A DNA stretch of 63,603 bases, the filler included. It is 3 parts of 3 records of this genome, joined end to end, with 100 filler letters (N's around TTAATTAATTAA, not from the genome) between each part and the next. Parts side by side here need not be neighbours in the genome. Positions count along the whole stretch, not along the records: positions 1 to 29,728 come from DRR723986_1343; 2 more parts are not named here. The stretch is one strand, 5' to 3'. The notes under the pieces are model-generated. The model made no database searches. It was not told where the DNA came from and was given only the letters and a program-made list of their open reading frames with translations. Positions 1-11,252 of the stretch are shown here, one piece after another (the first letter of the stretch is position 1; the number at the start of each line of letters is the position of its first letter). Made by a program: the position numbers and the translations under genes.

Positions 1-759
1 GCCGCGCCAGGCGTAGATGGACTGGTCGTCGTCACCAACCACGGTCAGGCCCTGGCGCAGGCCGATCAGCTGCCGCACCAGCAGGTACTGGCTGCTGTTG
101 GTGTCCTGGTACTCATCGACCAGCAGGTAGTGAATCCGGTTCTGCCAGCGCTCCAGGGTCTCCGGGGATTCCTCGAACAGCTGGGTGGGCAGCAGGATCA
201 GGTCGTCGAAATCCAGTGCGTTGTAGGCCCTGAGTGCCCGGTTATAGCGCTGGTAGGCCTCGGCGCAGAGCCTGTCCGCGGGGCCGGTGGCCTCGGCCAG
301 TGCCTGGTCCGGCAGTACCCGGTCATTCTTCCACTGCGAGATGCGCTGCTGGATCAGGTTCGCCTTGTCGCCCTCGGCGCCATGGGCCTGGATGAGCAGG
401 TCGCGGACCAGGGTCTGTGAGTCCTGGCCATCGAAGATGGAGAAACCGCTCTTGAGGCCAAAGTGCTTGAGTTCGCCGCGGATAATGCGCAGGCCCAGCT
501 GGTGAAAGGTGCTGACTGTGAGCCCTTCGGACTTGCTGCCTCCCAACAGTTTGCCGACCCGCTCGCGCATCTCGCGGGCGGCCTTGTTGGTGAAGGTGAC
601 TGCGGCGATGCGGTCCGGCTTTATCCCGCAGGATTCTACGAGATAGGCAATCTTGCGGGTTATCACGCTGGTTTTGCCACTGCCGGCGCCAGCCAGCACC
701 AGCAGGGGACCGTCGATATAGCGCACGGCCTCGCGTTGCCTGGGGTTGAGTTGGGTCAA
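1..759 (-). CDS. rep: ATP-dependent DNA helicase Rep, N-terminal part (runs off the window edge)
   Basis: Manual translation from TTG at 759 gives MTQLNPRQREAVRYIDGPLLVLAGAGSGKTSVITRKIAYL...VTFTNKAAREM...LLVDEYQDTN...VVGDDDQSIYAWRG, covering SF1 motifs I, Ia, II and III. Not in the supplied ORF track. Confidence 0.92.
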   Translation of the reverse strand, partial: MTQLNPRQREAVRYIDGPLLVLAGAGSGKTSVITRKIAYLVESCGIKPDRIAAVTFTNKAAREMRERVGKLLGGSKSEGLTVSTFHQLGLRIIRGELKHFGLKSGFSIFDGQDSQTLVRDLLIQAHGAEGDKANLIQQRISQWKNDRVLPDQALAEATGPADRLCAEAYQRYNRALRAYNALDFDDLILLPTQLFEESPETLERWQNRIHYLLVDEYQDTNSSQYLLVRQLIGLRQGLTVVGDDDQSIYAWRG

Positions 760-850
760 GTGCTGGGCATCGGTTCAGGAGCAAGGGGGCGCCAGTGTAG
801 CAGGTCCCCCCGACGGGAAAAGTGTCGCCAGCGAAAATCCCTGTTCCCGG

Positions 851-1636
851 TCAGGCGGTAGGCTCCAGCGCCAGCTTTGGCACCGCCATCGACACCGAGG
901 TCTCATCCCGAAACGCCACGGCAAGCGCTCGCCACAGGGCGTCGCGGGTCGCGAACCAGTCGGCATTCGCCACCCAGCAGGAGGCGAACAGGGTCGCCCG
1001 GCCGTCTGCGATGTCGGTAACAAATACGGAAGGGGCTGGGTCTGCCAGCACTGCCTCATGAGCGCTCATCAGCTCAAGCAGCAGGGTACGCGCGCGTTCC
1101 AGGTCGTCCTGCGCCTGGACCTGGACGTTCAGCTCCACCCGGCGGTTGGGGATCAGGGAGTAATTGCTGATCGGGCCGGTGATGGCAACGGCCGAGGGGA
1201 TGAAGACGACCCGGCCGTCAAAGCTGCGAATGACGGTCTGGTAGGCCGTTACCGCTTCCACGGTGCCCATGACGCCGCGAATTTCCACCATATGCCCGGG
1301 AACGAAGGGCAGGCGCGGGAGGAAGGGGATCAGGAAAAACACGATCACCGCGCCGACGATGACCAGCAGGATGGCAATACCCGCCAGTCCGGTGGTGTCA
1401 TAGCCGAGCCGCTCAGCGGCGATCAGCACCGTGACGACCAGGATCATCGCGTAGACCGCGCCGAAGAACACCTGGAGCACCCTGGCGTAAGTTGCCTCCG
1501 GTCGGATCAGGCGGTTTACCAGGCGATACAGCAGGAGGATCGCCAGCATGCCGCCGAGCATGACCAGCAGGCCGCTGATCAACAGCCCCCCGTAGACATT
1601 GAGGGCGGCGAGTATCGGTTGTAGTTGTTCCATCAT
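851..1636 (-). CDS. MscS family mechanosensitive ion channel protein
   Basis: Three N-terminal TM segments, then PFVPGHMVEIRGVMGTVEAV...TVIRSFDGRVVFIPS and NYS..PNRRVEL, typical of MscS. Confidence 0.85.
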   Translation of the reverse strand: MMEQLQPILAALNVYGGLLISGLLVMLGGMLAILLLYRLVNRLIRPEATYARVLQVFFGAVYAMILVVTVLIAAERLGYDTTGLAGIAILLVIVGAVIVFFLIPFLPRLPFVPGHMVEIRGVMGTVEAVTAYQTVIRSFDGRVVFIPSAVAITGPISNYSLIPNRRVELNVQVQAQDDLERARTLLLELMSAHEAVLADPAPSVFVTDIADGRATLFASCWVANADWFATRDALWRALAVAFRDETSVSMAVPKLALEPTA

Positions 1637-1776
1637 GGTTGGCGGTCCTTGGCTGGCGCTAGCAGCCAGCCTAGCACAGGAAATCCGCCAGGCCGTGGCA
1701 GGCTGTCACCGTGCCAGGGAGAAACTCGGGTACAATATCGCCTCGGCACACCACTGGATTGCCATAGCCCCTACCC

Positions 1777-2817
1777 ATGTCACTGTTAATTCTGTACCTG
1801 TCGATTGCCATCGGCGTGTCCTTTCTCTGCTCCGTCCTCGAGGCCGTGTTGCTGTCGGTCAGCCCGGGATTCATCGAGAGCCAGTTATCCCGCAAGCCGC
1901 GCCGGGCCAAAGTGCTGAAGCTGGTCAAGCAGCAGCTGGATCAATCCCTGTCCAGTATCCTGATCCTGAATACCTTTGCCCATACCATGGGCGCTGCCGG
2001 AGTCGGTGCCCAGGCAGTGCGGGTTTTCGGGCCGGAGTGGGAGAGCCTGATTGCCTTCCTGCTGACCCTGGCGATTCTGTATTTCTCCGAGATCATCCCC
2101 AAGACCCTGGGCGCGACCTACTGGAAGCAGCTGGCCCTGCCGTCTGCGCTGGTGATCCAGCTGATGGTGAAGTTGTTGTTCCCCTTCGTCTGGCTGTCTA
2201 CCCGGCTGTCCCGCCTGTTTTCCCGCGGGGAAGAAAATCTGGTCAGTCGCGAGGAGCTGTCCGCGATGGCCAAGCTGGGAGAGCGGCACGGCGCCCTGGC
2301 CAGCCAGGAGAGCCAGTTGCTGGAAAACATCCTGCGCCTGCGGGGCATTCGCACCAGCGATATCCTGACCCCGCGGACGGTGGTGGCTGCCCTGCGCCTG
2401 GATCAGTCCGTTTCCGAGGCCCTGGTCAGCCTGGCAGATGTGCCGTTTACCCGTATCCCGGTATTCGAGACCGACCTGGACTCGGTGGTCGGGGTCGTGT
2501 TCAAGCCAAAGCTCCTTGAGCTGGAAAACCGCGACGAGGGCGAGCAGGCGCTGCAGGCCGCTACCTTGCCCCTGCACCGGGTGTCGGAAGAGCTGCCGGT
2601 GCTGGTGCTGCTTGATCTGTTCATCAAACGTCGCGAGCACCTGTTCCTGGTCGAGGACGAATACGGCCAGACGGCAGGCATCGTGACTCTGGAAGATGCG
2701 GTAGAGACCATGCTGGGTCGCGAAATCATGGATGAGAGCGATACCGTGGAGGACATGCGGATGCTGGCCAAGGCCAACTACCGCAGCCGCTTGCGCAACA
2801 AGCGCCCTGTCGAATAG
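1777..2817 (+). CDS. CNNM (DUF21) + CBS-pair membrane protein
   Basis: SFLCSVLEAVLLS, SSILILNTFAHTMGA, YFSEIIPKTLG, and CBS motifs DILTPR, FTRIPV and LVEDEYGQTAGIVTLEDAVE. Confidence 0.9.
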   Translation: MSLLILYLSIAIGVSFLCSVLEAVLLSVSPGFIESQLSRKPRRAKVLKLVKQQLDQSLSSILILNTFAHTMGAAGVGAQAVRVFGPEWESLIAFLLTLAILYFSEIIPKTLGATYWKQLALPSALVIQLMVKLLFPFVWLSTRLSRLFSRGEENLVSREELSAMAKLGERHGALASQESQLLENILRLRGIRTSDILTPRTVVAALRLDQSVSEALVSLADVPFTRIPVFETDLDSVVGVVFKPKLLELENRDEGEQALQAATLPLHRVSEELPVLVLLDLFIKRREHLFLVEDEYGQTAGIVTLEDAVETMLGREIMDESDTVEDMRMLAKANYRSRLRNKRPVE

Positions 2818-2841
2818 ATCGCTGTCCCGGGGCGCCGTGCC

Positions 2842-4086
2842 TCAGGTTCGATACGCTTCCCGTCCGTAACCCTGTACCGGTATGCCCTGTGCCGGCAGCA
2901 CCTCGTGCTGCAGCGAGTACATGGCCGCCGCCGCCGCATCGGTCGCCGCAATAAACGCCAGTGATCCCGCGAGAATGGGCGCCAGCCGGTCCCGGTCCTG
3001 TACTCGTGCCGGGGGGTACTCATGCTCGATCACCAGGGGTGTGCTGGCCGGGTCCAGCGACAGCAGCTCCCGCGCCGCCAGCTGGTGATCCAGCCAGTCG
3101 ACCGACCGGTTCTGCAGATAGGCGAGGGGGTCGTGCCGCGCGGTGCCGGGCAGCTCGTGCTCACACAGGGCTGTCTGCTTCTTCCAGGCATTGGCCTGTA
3201 GCGCGGGCTCGGTCGCTGCCTGTCCCGCCGGCCAGTCGCCGCGCGCCAGGGTCTGGCCCGGGTAGCCCCAGGCCGCGAGCCCCCTCGGGTCGATGACCTG
3301 GCCCTTGACGTGGAAGCCGGTGATCAGGAAGCCGTAACCGCTGTCCTTCAGGTACTGGAAGATCGAGCGCGTGTCCTGGCCGATGAGAATCGCGTGTGAC
3401 GGGTCGTAGTGGATGCGCAGCTGGTCGCCAACGCCGTGTTTTTCGCACAATCGGTGCAGGGCGATCCACGCGCCGGGGGTGTAGGCGATATTGTTTATCC
3501 AGGTGTCATTGATACTCCAGCCCGGCATCGGGCACTGTTCCACCCGGTACTCCAGCCCCCGTGATTTCGCTTCCTTGAGTAGCGGCACGAAAACCTGCTC
3601 GAACATCTCCAGGTTCTGGTCCATTTGCAGGTCCGGGTTGCGGCCTACAAAACCGCAAACGGCACCCACCCCGAGCAGGCTCGCCGCATCGAACACCCGC
3701 AGCATGAAATCGTATTTGGCCTCGCGGGTCCTGGGGTCGGCTGCCAGCATGTTGTCGAAATAGCCCAGGTCCGAGATGCCGACTCCGGTTTCCTGCATGG
3801 CGGCCAAGATCCTGTTCGCGCGTGACGCATCCAGGGGCTGGCGCAGGTCGAGAGTGTTCGCCACCGGGTCCAGCAGGGCTTCCGCCGGGATGTCGCTGTG
3901 GTCGGGGTGCAGGGCGGCGGACAGCTGGATATTGGGCGCGCCGATCTCACGGGCGAAATCCAGCCACTGTTCCACCGCGAGGTCGGGATCGGCGTCGCGC
4001 AGTTCACGCGGGGTAAGCTCCTGCAGCGCGGCGGTCAGGATGCTCAGCGGCATGGTCTGCGGTTGGAAACTACCCACGTGTTTCAT
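2842..4086 (-). CDS. Sugar phosphate isomerase/epimerase (xylose isomerase-like TIM barrel), long variant
   Basis: Metal-ligand motifs RVEQCPM, YDPSH, FHVKG and VIEHE. Lies downstream of a Gfo/Idh/MocA gene. Confidence 0.8.
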   Translation of the reverse strand: MKHVGSFQPQTMPLSILTAALQELTPRELRDADPDLAVEQWLDFAREIGAPNIQLSAALHPDHSDIPAEALLDPVANTLDLRQPLDASRANRILAAMQETGVGISDLGYFDNMLAADPRTREAKYDFMLRVFDAASLLGVGAVCGFVGRNPDLQMDQNLEMFEQVFVPLLKEAKSRGLEYRVEQCPMPGWSINDTWINNIAYTPGAWIALHRLCEKHGVGDQLRIHYDPSHAILIGQDTRSIFQYLKDSGYGFLITGFHVKGQVIDPRGLAAWGYPGQTLARGDWPAGQAATEPALQANAWKKQTALCEHELPGTARHDPLAYLQNRSVDWLDHQLAARELLSLDPASTPLVIEHEYPPARVQDRDRLAPILAGSLAFIAATDAAAAAMYSLQHEVLPAQGIPVQGYGREAYRT

Positions 4087-4128
4087 GGTCGAGCGACTCC
4101 AGTACAGTTGGCTGAATGGGCCGGCGTC

Positions 4129-5261
4129 TCAAATCGTCACCCACCGGGATTCACTGGCAGCTGACCGCACCGTGGCTTCAATAAAGCGCATGCCCCTGAC
4201 CCCGGCGTCGATGTCACGAAAGCTGCCCTGGGTTATGGGCTCGCCGCGAACCGCGCAGGCAAAGCCCCGGTACAGGTTGGCCACCGCTTCCACCAGGCCC
4301 TGGGGGTGCCCCGGCGGCAGCTGGGTATTGGCCTGGGCGGCCGCGGAGTTGCTGCCGTGGCCCGGGGTATGCACGGTCCCCGCGCCATCCTCGGCCAGTT
4401 GGCGCAGCCGCATCGGGTTTTCCTGTTCCCAGATGAGGGCACCCCGGCGGCCGTAGACGGCAATACGCAGGTTGTTTTCTTCTCCCGTCGCTATCTGGCT
4501 GGCTCGCACCAGGGCCCGCACGCCCGTGGCAGTTCGCATCAGGGCGACGCCATCAACGTCCAGGGGATTGTCCGGGTACAGCGTGTCCACCGAAGCCAGC
4601 AGCTGCTCGAATTGCAGGCCGCTGACATATTCCGCAAGGTCGAAGGCGTGGACGCCGATATCGCCAAAGCAGCAGCTGCTGCCGGAGCGAGCGGGGTCCA
4701 GCCGCCATATTTCCGCCCGGCTGGCCGGGTCGTGAATCGCGGCGTTGATCCAGCCCTGGTAGTACTGCACATCGATCTTCTGGACGGTGCCGATGGCACC
4801 GCTGGCGATCCGGGCCTTCATCTCCTGCACCATCGGATAGCCGGTGTAGCTGTGGGTAATTGATACCACCACATCGCGCCGCGCAGCCCGCGTGGCCAGG
4901 TCTTCCGCTTCGCCTGCTGACAGGGTCAGCGGCTTTTCGCACATCACGTGCAAGCCGGCGTCGACCAGGGCACCGGCCTGGGCATGGTGGAGATGATTGG
5001 GGGTCAGTACTGCAACGGCTTGCACTCGCTCGCCCTCGGGCAGTGCCAGTTCCCCGGCAATCAGCGCTGCGACGTCAGGGTAAATGCGACCGGGGTCCAG
5101 GCCGAGCCCGGCGCCCTGCTCGCGGCTGCGTTGCAGATCGCTGCTGAAAGCGCCGGCGCGCAGCACGAAGGATCCGCTGAGCGCTGCCGCGCCGCGATGG
5201 ACCGGCCCGATCAGCGATCCGGGACCGCCGCCGACCATACCCAGGCGTAGCGGCGGGCTGA

Positions 5262-5265
<4 letters not shown>
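4129..5265 (-). CDS. Gfo/Idh/MocA family NAD(P)-dependent oxidoreductase
   Basis: LRLGMVGGG Rossmann start, TPNHLH, HVMCEKP and GDIGVHAFD. Confidence 0.92.
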
Positions 5266-6500
<1,235 letters not shown>

Positions 6501-6587
6501 GGTTTACCCTCTCTTATTGTGATCGCACCCGGAGGGTACAGGATAGACCATTCGGTGCAATATCTGGCAGCGGTGGCGCGCCAGCGA

Positions 6588-7844
6588 TCAGCCAGCCGTG
6601 CCGGATGCGCTCTCCGGATCGAAGCTGATCCGCATTTCCTTCATCGCATTGACGAAAAACGAACGCACGTAGCGCGGCGGCGCGGCGAAGCGCGGGTTGC
6701 GCAGACGCGGAATGATTTCTTCGAACATGATGCGCAACTCAAGCCGTGCCAGGTGCGAGCCGATGCAGAAATGCTGGCCGATACCGAAGGAGCGCAGCTG
6801 GTTGTACAGGTCCGGCATCCGCTCCGGGCGGGTGACGTCGAAATCCATGGCGTCGTCACCGAATACTGACTCGTCCATGTTGATGGTGTGATAGTGCAGC
6901 AGGATCTTGTCGCCGGCGTGGATCTGCTGGCCGCCGAGCTCCATATCCTCCATCGCCGTGCGGCGCATGGCGATGAATGCCGTGTTGTAGCGCAGGATTT
7001 CCTCGCAGGCGCCGGCGATCCGCTCCGGGTTGTCGACCAGGTACTGGAGTTGGTCCGGATGCTCCATCAGCAGGCGCATGCCCTGGGCGATGACGGTCCG
7101 GGTGGACTCGTTGCCGCCGACCAGGATCAGGATGAACATCCAGGCAAACACGTCCTCGGTCAGTGGCTCGCCGTCCAGCTTGGCGTCAAGCAGGGCGCCG
7201 GTAATATTATCCATCGGCTCCTCGCGGTGCTGGGCGGCCAGTTTGAGGGCGTACTGGATCACCTCCAGGGAGGCCATCTGGCCTTCGAGCTCGGAAATCG
7301 ACATATCCGGGTCGTCGGCGAAAATCATGGTGTTGGTCCAGTCGAAGAACTGCTTGCGGTCCTCCAGTGGCACACCGAGCAGTTCGAGGATGGCAATCAG
7401 CGGCAGCTCAGCGGCCACTTCTTCCACAAACTCACACTCGCCGCGCTGGGCGACCGCGTCAACGATGCGCCGGGCGTGCTCGCGGAATGCGGGCTCGTAG
7501 GATTCGACGTGTTTCGGGGTGAATGCGTTGCGCACGATGCGTCGCACTTTCTGGTGCAGCGGTGGATCCATGTTAATGATGGTGCTCCGGTGCACGCCTT
7601 CGACCATCTCCGCGTCATACTCCATCGGGAACGCGGTCCGCTCTGCGGAGGAGAACAGCGCTGGGTGCTTGGACACGTAATCCAGTTCCGCCTGTCGGGT
7701 TACAACCCAGTAGGGAACCCCGCTCAGTGGGTCTTCCATCCTGACCACCGGGCCGGCATCGCGCACCGCTTTCAGTGCCTGGTAGGGCATGCCCTCGGCA
7801 TAGGTGTCCGGGTCGAGGAGGTTGGCATAGGGGCATTGGCTCAT
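6588..7844 (-). CDS. Cytochrome P450 (resembles CYP125/CYP124-type steroid or branched-lipid oxidases)
   Basis: MDPPLH, I-helix GGNESTR, EEILR and heme loop FGIGQHFCIG. The subfamily assignment is inference. Confidence 0.92.
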   Translation of the reverse strand: MSQCPYANLLDPDTYAEGMPYQALKAVRDAGPVVRMEDPLSGVPYWVVTRQAELDYVSKHPALFSSAERTAFPMEYDAEMVEGVHRSTIINMDPPLHQKVRRIVRNAFTPKHVESYEPAFREHARRIVDAVAQRGECEFVEEVAAELPLIAILELLGVPLEDRKQFFDWTNTMIFADDPDMSISELEGQMASLEVIQYALKLAAQHREEPMDNITGALLDAKLDGEPLTEDVFAWMFILILVGGNESTRTVIAQGMRLLMEHPDQLQYLVDNPERIAGACEEILRYNTAFIAMRRTAMEDMELGGQQIHAGDKILLHYHTINMDESVFGDDAMDFDVTRPERMPDLYNQLRSFGIGQHFCIGSHLARLELRIMFEEIIPRLRNPRFAAPPRYVRSFFVNAMKEMRISFDPESASGTAG

Positions 7845-7924
7845 GGGGTGTCCCGTCGAGTTACTAATGGCTAATAGTGTGTAGTCCTGATGATAAACAA
7901 AGCGGCGTCCCCGGAGAAGTCCCG

Positions 7925-9442
7925 CTAAGGTCGGCTCGCTCCGGCCTCACTGCCGGCGGCCGGCTCGCGGTAGCCCAGAGCCTCGGCCAGGTGAGGCCTG
8001 GTCACCCGCTCGGAGCCGGCCATATCCGCGATGGTGCGTGCCACCCGCAGGCACCGGTGCAGCGCCCGGCCTGAGGCGCCGAGTCGCTCAATACTTCTTC
8101 CGAGCCATTGTTTTTCTGATTCAAAAAGTAAGCAAGCGCTCACTATTTTCGCGCTGGGGAGCTGGCCGTTGAGACAGGACTGGCGCTTTTCCTGCACCGC
8201 CATTGTGCGGGATACCCGCGTTCGCACGGGGGCGGAAGGAGTGCCTCCGGTTGTGGTTTCCAGCAGATCAGCGGCGGCGGGCCGGCTCACCGTCACTTGC
8301 AGATCGATCCGGTCCATCAGGGGTCCGGAGATGCGCTGGCGATACCGCTGCAGCTGGTCGGGCGTGCAGCGGCAGTGCCGGGTGGGATCCCCCGCAAAGC
8401 CGCAGGGACAGGGGTTCATCGCCGCGATCAGCTGAAAGCGGGCTGGGAAACGGGTCTTGTGGCGGGCGCGTGACAGGGTGATTTCACCCGACTCCAGGGG
8501 TTCGCGCAGCATCTCCAGGCAGTGCCTTGGAAACTCTGGCAACTCGTCGAGGAACAGCACGCCGCCGTGGGCCAGGGAGATCTCGCCGGGGCGCGGCTGG
8601 CTGCCGCCCCCCACCAGGGCAACCGCGCTGGCACTGTGGTGAGGTGCGCGAAACGGCCGGCTTTGCCCGCCAGCTGGGGACAGTCCCGCCAGGTCATGCA
8701 GCGCCAGGCTGGTGAGCGCTTCGGCGGACGATAGTGGTGGCAGAATGCCGGGCAGCCGGCTGGCGAGTAAGGTCTTGCCGGTACCCGGTGGTCCGGTCAG
8801 TAACAGGTTATGTCCGCCGCTGGCGGCAATCTCCAGTGCCCGGCAGGCGGCGGGCTGGCCGATCACGTCCGCTAGATCCGCCGGTGGGGCGCAGGTGGGC
8901 GGGGTTGTCGGGGGCAGCACCGGCGGTTCGCAGCGGCCGCGCAAACTTGCGCAGAGGGTCAGCAGGTCGGGTGCAGGCAACAGCCGCGCCCCGGGAATAC
9001 CCGCGGCTTCAGCCGCATTGGGAGTGGGTAGGCCAACACGTCGCCCGGCCTCGCTGGCGGCCATGACTGCGGGAATCAGGCCCCGGACCCTGCGCAGGGA
9101 CCCATCCAGGGCAAGTTCCCCGAAAAATTCACTGGCGCACAGGGTCGCGGCCGGCAACTGCCCGGAGGCGGCCAGGATGCCGAGGGCGATAGCGAGGTCG
9201 AAGCGACCGCCGCTCTTGGGCAGGTCGGCGGGGGCGAGGTTGACCGTGATACGCCGGTCGGGAAAGGTGAAATGGGAATTCAGCAGGGCGCTGCGTACCC
9301 GGTCTTTGCTCTCGCGCACGGCAGTTTCGGGCATGCCGACCACCGTGAAGGCGGGGAGGCCATTGGACAGGTGGACCTCCACCTGCACCGGTGGCGCCAG
9401 GAGCCCGGCTTCCGCCCGGCTGTGGACAACAGACAGTTCCAT
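7925..9442 (-). CDS. comM: YifB/ComM family Mg-chelatase-like AAA+ ATPase
   Basis: Start reassigned to MELSVVHSRA (ATG 9442). Motifs VRESKDRVRSA, GPPGTGKT, RPFRAPHH, LFLDELPEF and AMNPCPCG. Confidence 0.93.
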   Translation of the reverse strand: MELSVVHSRAEAGLLAPPVQVEVHLSNGLPAFTVVGMPETAVRESKDRVRSALLNSHFTFPDRRITVNLAPADLPKSGGRFDLAIALGILAASGQLPAATLCASEFFGELALDGSLRRVRGLIPAVMAASEAGRRVGLPTPNAAEAAGIPGARLLPAPDLLTLCASLRGRCEPPVLPPTTPPTCAPPADLADVIGQPAACRALEIAASGGHNLLLTGPPGTGKTLLASRLPGILPPLSSAEALTSLALHDLAGLSPAGGQSRPFRAPHHSASAVALVGGGSQPRPGEISLAHGGVLFLDELPEFPRHCLEMLREPLESGEITLSRARHKTRFPARFQLIAAMNPCPCGFAGDPTRHCRCTPDQLQRYRQRISGPLMDRIDLQVTVSRPAAADLLETTTGGTPSAPVRTRVSRTMAVQEKRQSCLNGQLPSAKIVSACLLFESEKQWLGRSIERLGASGRALHRCLRVARTIADMAGSERVTRPHLAEALGYREPAAGSEAGASRP

Positions 9443-9485
9443 CGCTCGTCCCTGAGCATTGGTTAGGGTGTTGGCAGGGTGTGGC

Positions 9486-9764
9486 TCAGCCGGTGTTCCC
9501 TTCACGCTCCAGCGCTTCCAGTTGCTGGGTCAGTGCGGCCAATTCCTGTTCGAGTTCTTCGACCCGGCCTTGCGTACGGCGCAGGACCTCGGCCTGGACA
9601 TCGAATTCCTCGCGGTTTACCAGGTCGAGCTTCTGCAGGGCTGATTGCACCAGCGCGCGTACGCTGCGATCTACCTCACCGCGCAGGGCGCTGTTGCCGA
9701 CCAGGTTGTTGACCTGGTCGATGACATCGCTCAGCGGTGGCGGCTTGGGAGGTTTGAGTGCCAT
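9486..9764 (-). CDS. ubiK: Ubiquinone biosynthesis accessory factor UbiK (BMFP family)
   Basis: LQKLDLVNREEFDVQAEVLRRT followed by a coiled coil. Sits in its usual position between comM and glnK. Confidence 0.88.
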   Translation of the reverse strand: MALKPPKPPPLSDVIDQVNNLVGNSALRGEVDRSVRALVQSALQKLDLVNREEFDVQAEVLRRTQGRVEELEQELAALTQQLEALEREGNTG

Positions 9765-9840
9765 GGGCGGGTTCCGCTAGACAGTGGATAGTGGCAGCGA
9801 GTTTAGTGCAATGCGACCCGCCGTCCCAGCGCCGCGGTGG

Positions 9841-9874
9841 GCACTAATATGAGGCGACGCACTAATATGGTGCA
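9841..9874. promoter_or_regulatory. Tandem NtrC-binding sites
   Basis: GCACTAATATGAGGC (9841-9855) and GCACTAATATGGTGCA (9859-9874) match the NtrC palindrome GCAC-N7-GTGC, about 100 nt upstream of a sigma54 motif. Confidence 0.8.
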
Positions 9875-9929
9875 CCAAATTCTCTGCCGGAGTGATCGCT
9901 CACAGTGCCCTGAACTCGAAAAAATCCCC

Positions 9930-9942
9930 TAACTTGTTGTTT
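9930..9942 (-). promoter_or_regulatory. Probable IHF site
   Basis: Minus strand AAACAACAAGTTA has one mismatch to WATCAANNNNTTR and lies between the enhancer and the sigma54 promoter. Confidence 0.5.
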
Positions 9943-9961
9943 TTAATAGGTTTTATAAATT

Positions 9962-9978
9962 CTGGCACAAGGGCTGCT
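9962..9978 (+). promoter_or_regulatory. Sigma54 -24/-12 promoter of torF-glnK-amtB
   Basis: CTGGCAC-AAGGG-CTGCT with correct GG-N10-GC spacing. Confidence 0.82.
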
Positions 9979-10075
9979 TTTGTAGCGTACAGCTTTCACA
10001 CAACATGTCCGAAAGTTGTTACCGGGACCATTTCCGGGTCTCGGGGCTGACGGACAAGGTAAGGAGAACTGAAAC

Positions 10076-10819
10076 ATGCTGAACAAGAAATTGCTTCCCG
10101 CTGCAATTGCAACCGCCCTGTTGGCTGGTGGCGTCATGGCCCCCACGGCGCAGGCTGAGATGGAAATCAGCGGAAATGTTGCGCTGACCACGGACTATCG
10201 CTTCCGGGGTATTTCCCAGTCAAATGACGATATCGCCATTCAGGGTGGCTTTGACCTGGCGTTCGATAACGGCATCTACGTGGGAACCTGGGGTTCTACG
10301 GTCGACTTTGACCTGGACAGCGTCCAGGGTCTGAACGGCAGCCTTGAACTCGACTACTACGTCGGTTGGGCCAGTGACATCGGTGATACCGGTATCTCCC
10401 TGGATGTGGGTTACCTTTATTACGACTATCCCGGCGACAGCAGCGTCCTCGAGGGTGACTACCAGGAAGTCTACGGCAGCATCGGTTTCCTCGGCGCTAC
10501 CGTTGGTGTGCACTACTCGGATGATTACTACGCTGAGACTGGCGATTTCATGTACATCTACGGCGATTACAGCTTCGGCCTGACCGACAACATGTCGCTG
10601 GATCTGCACATTGGCTACAACGATTTCGATGAGGCTGACGTGTTCCTGTCTGACGGCGGCGACTCCTACATCGATTACTCCGTTGGTCTGACCGCGTCCT
10701 ACTTCTCGGTCGACTGGACGCTGGCCTGGGTTGGTACCGACCTGGATGACGAGGAGTACTTCGAGCTGGGCGACCTGATCGACGACACCGTGGTGTTCTC
10801 CATTAGCAAATCCATGTAA
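10076..10819 (+). CDS. TorF family putative outer-membrane porin (TIGR02001-like)
   Basis: Signal peptide ending AQA, motifs GNVALTTDYRFRGISQ, AIQGGFD, YVGTWGS and ELDYYVG, and a C-terminal beta-strand VVFSISKSM. Confidence 0.85.
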   Translation: MLNKKLLPAAIATALLAGGVMAPTAQAEMEISGNVALTTDYRFRGISQSNDDIAIQGGFDLAFDNGIYVGTWGSTVDFDLDSVQGLNGSLELDYYVGWASDIGDTGISLDVGYLYYDYPGDSSVLEGDYQEVYGSIGFLGATVGVHYSDDYYAETGDFMYIYGDYSFGLTDNMSLDLHIGYNDFDEADVFLSDGGDSYIDYSVGLTASYFSVDWTLAWVGTDLDDEEYFELGDLIDDTVVFSISKSM

Positions 10820-10831
10820 GCACCCGGATAA

Positions 10832-11221
<390 letters not shown>

Positions 11222-11252
11222 GCCGCACAGACATCAGAAGAGAGTAATTCCC

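Noticed and set aside
9841..9874. GCACTAATAT direct repeat as a CRISPR or iteron remnant
   Set aside because: There are only two copies, 18 nt apart, and tandem NtrC sites explain them.
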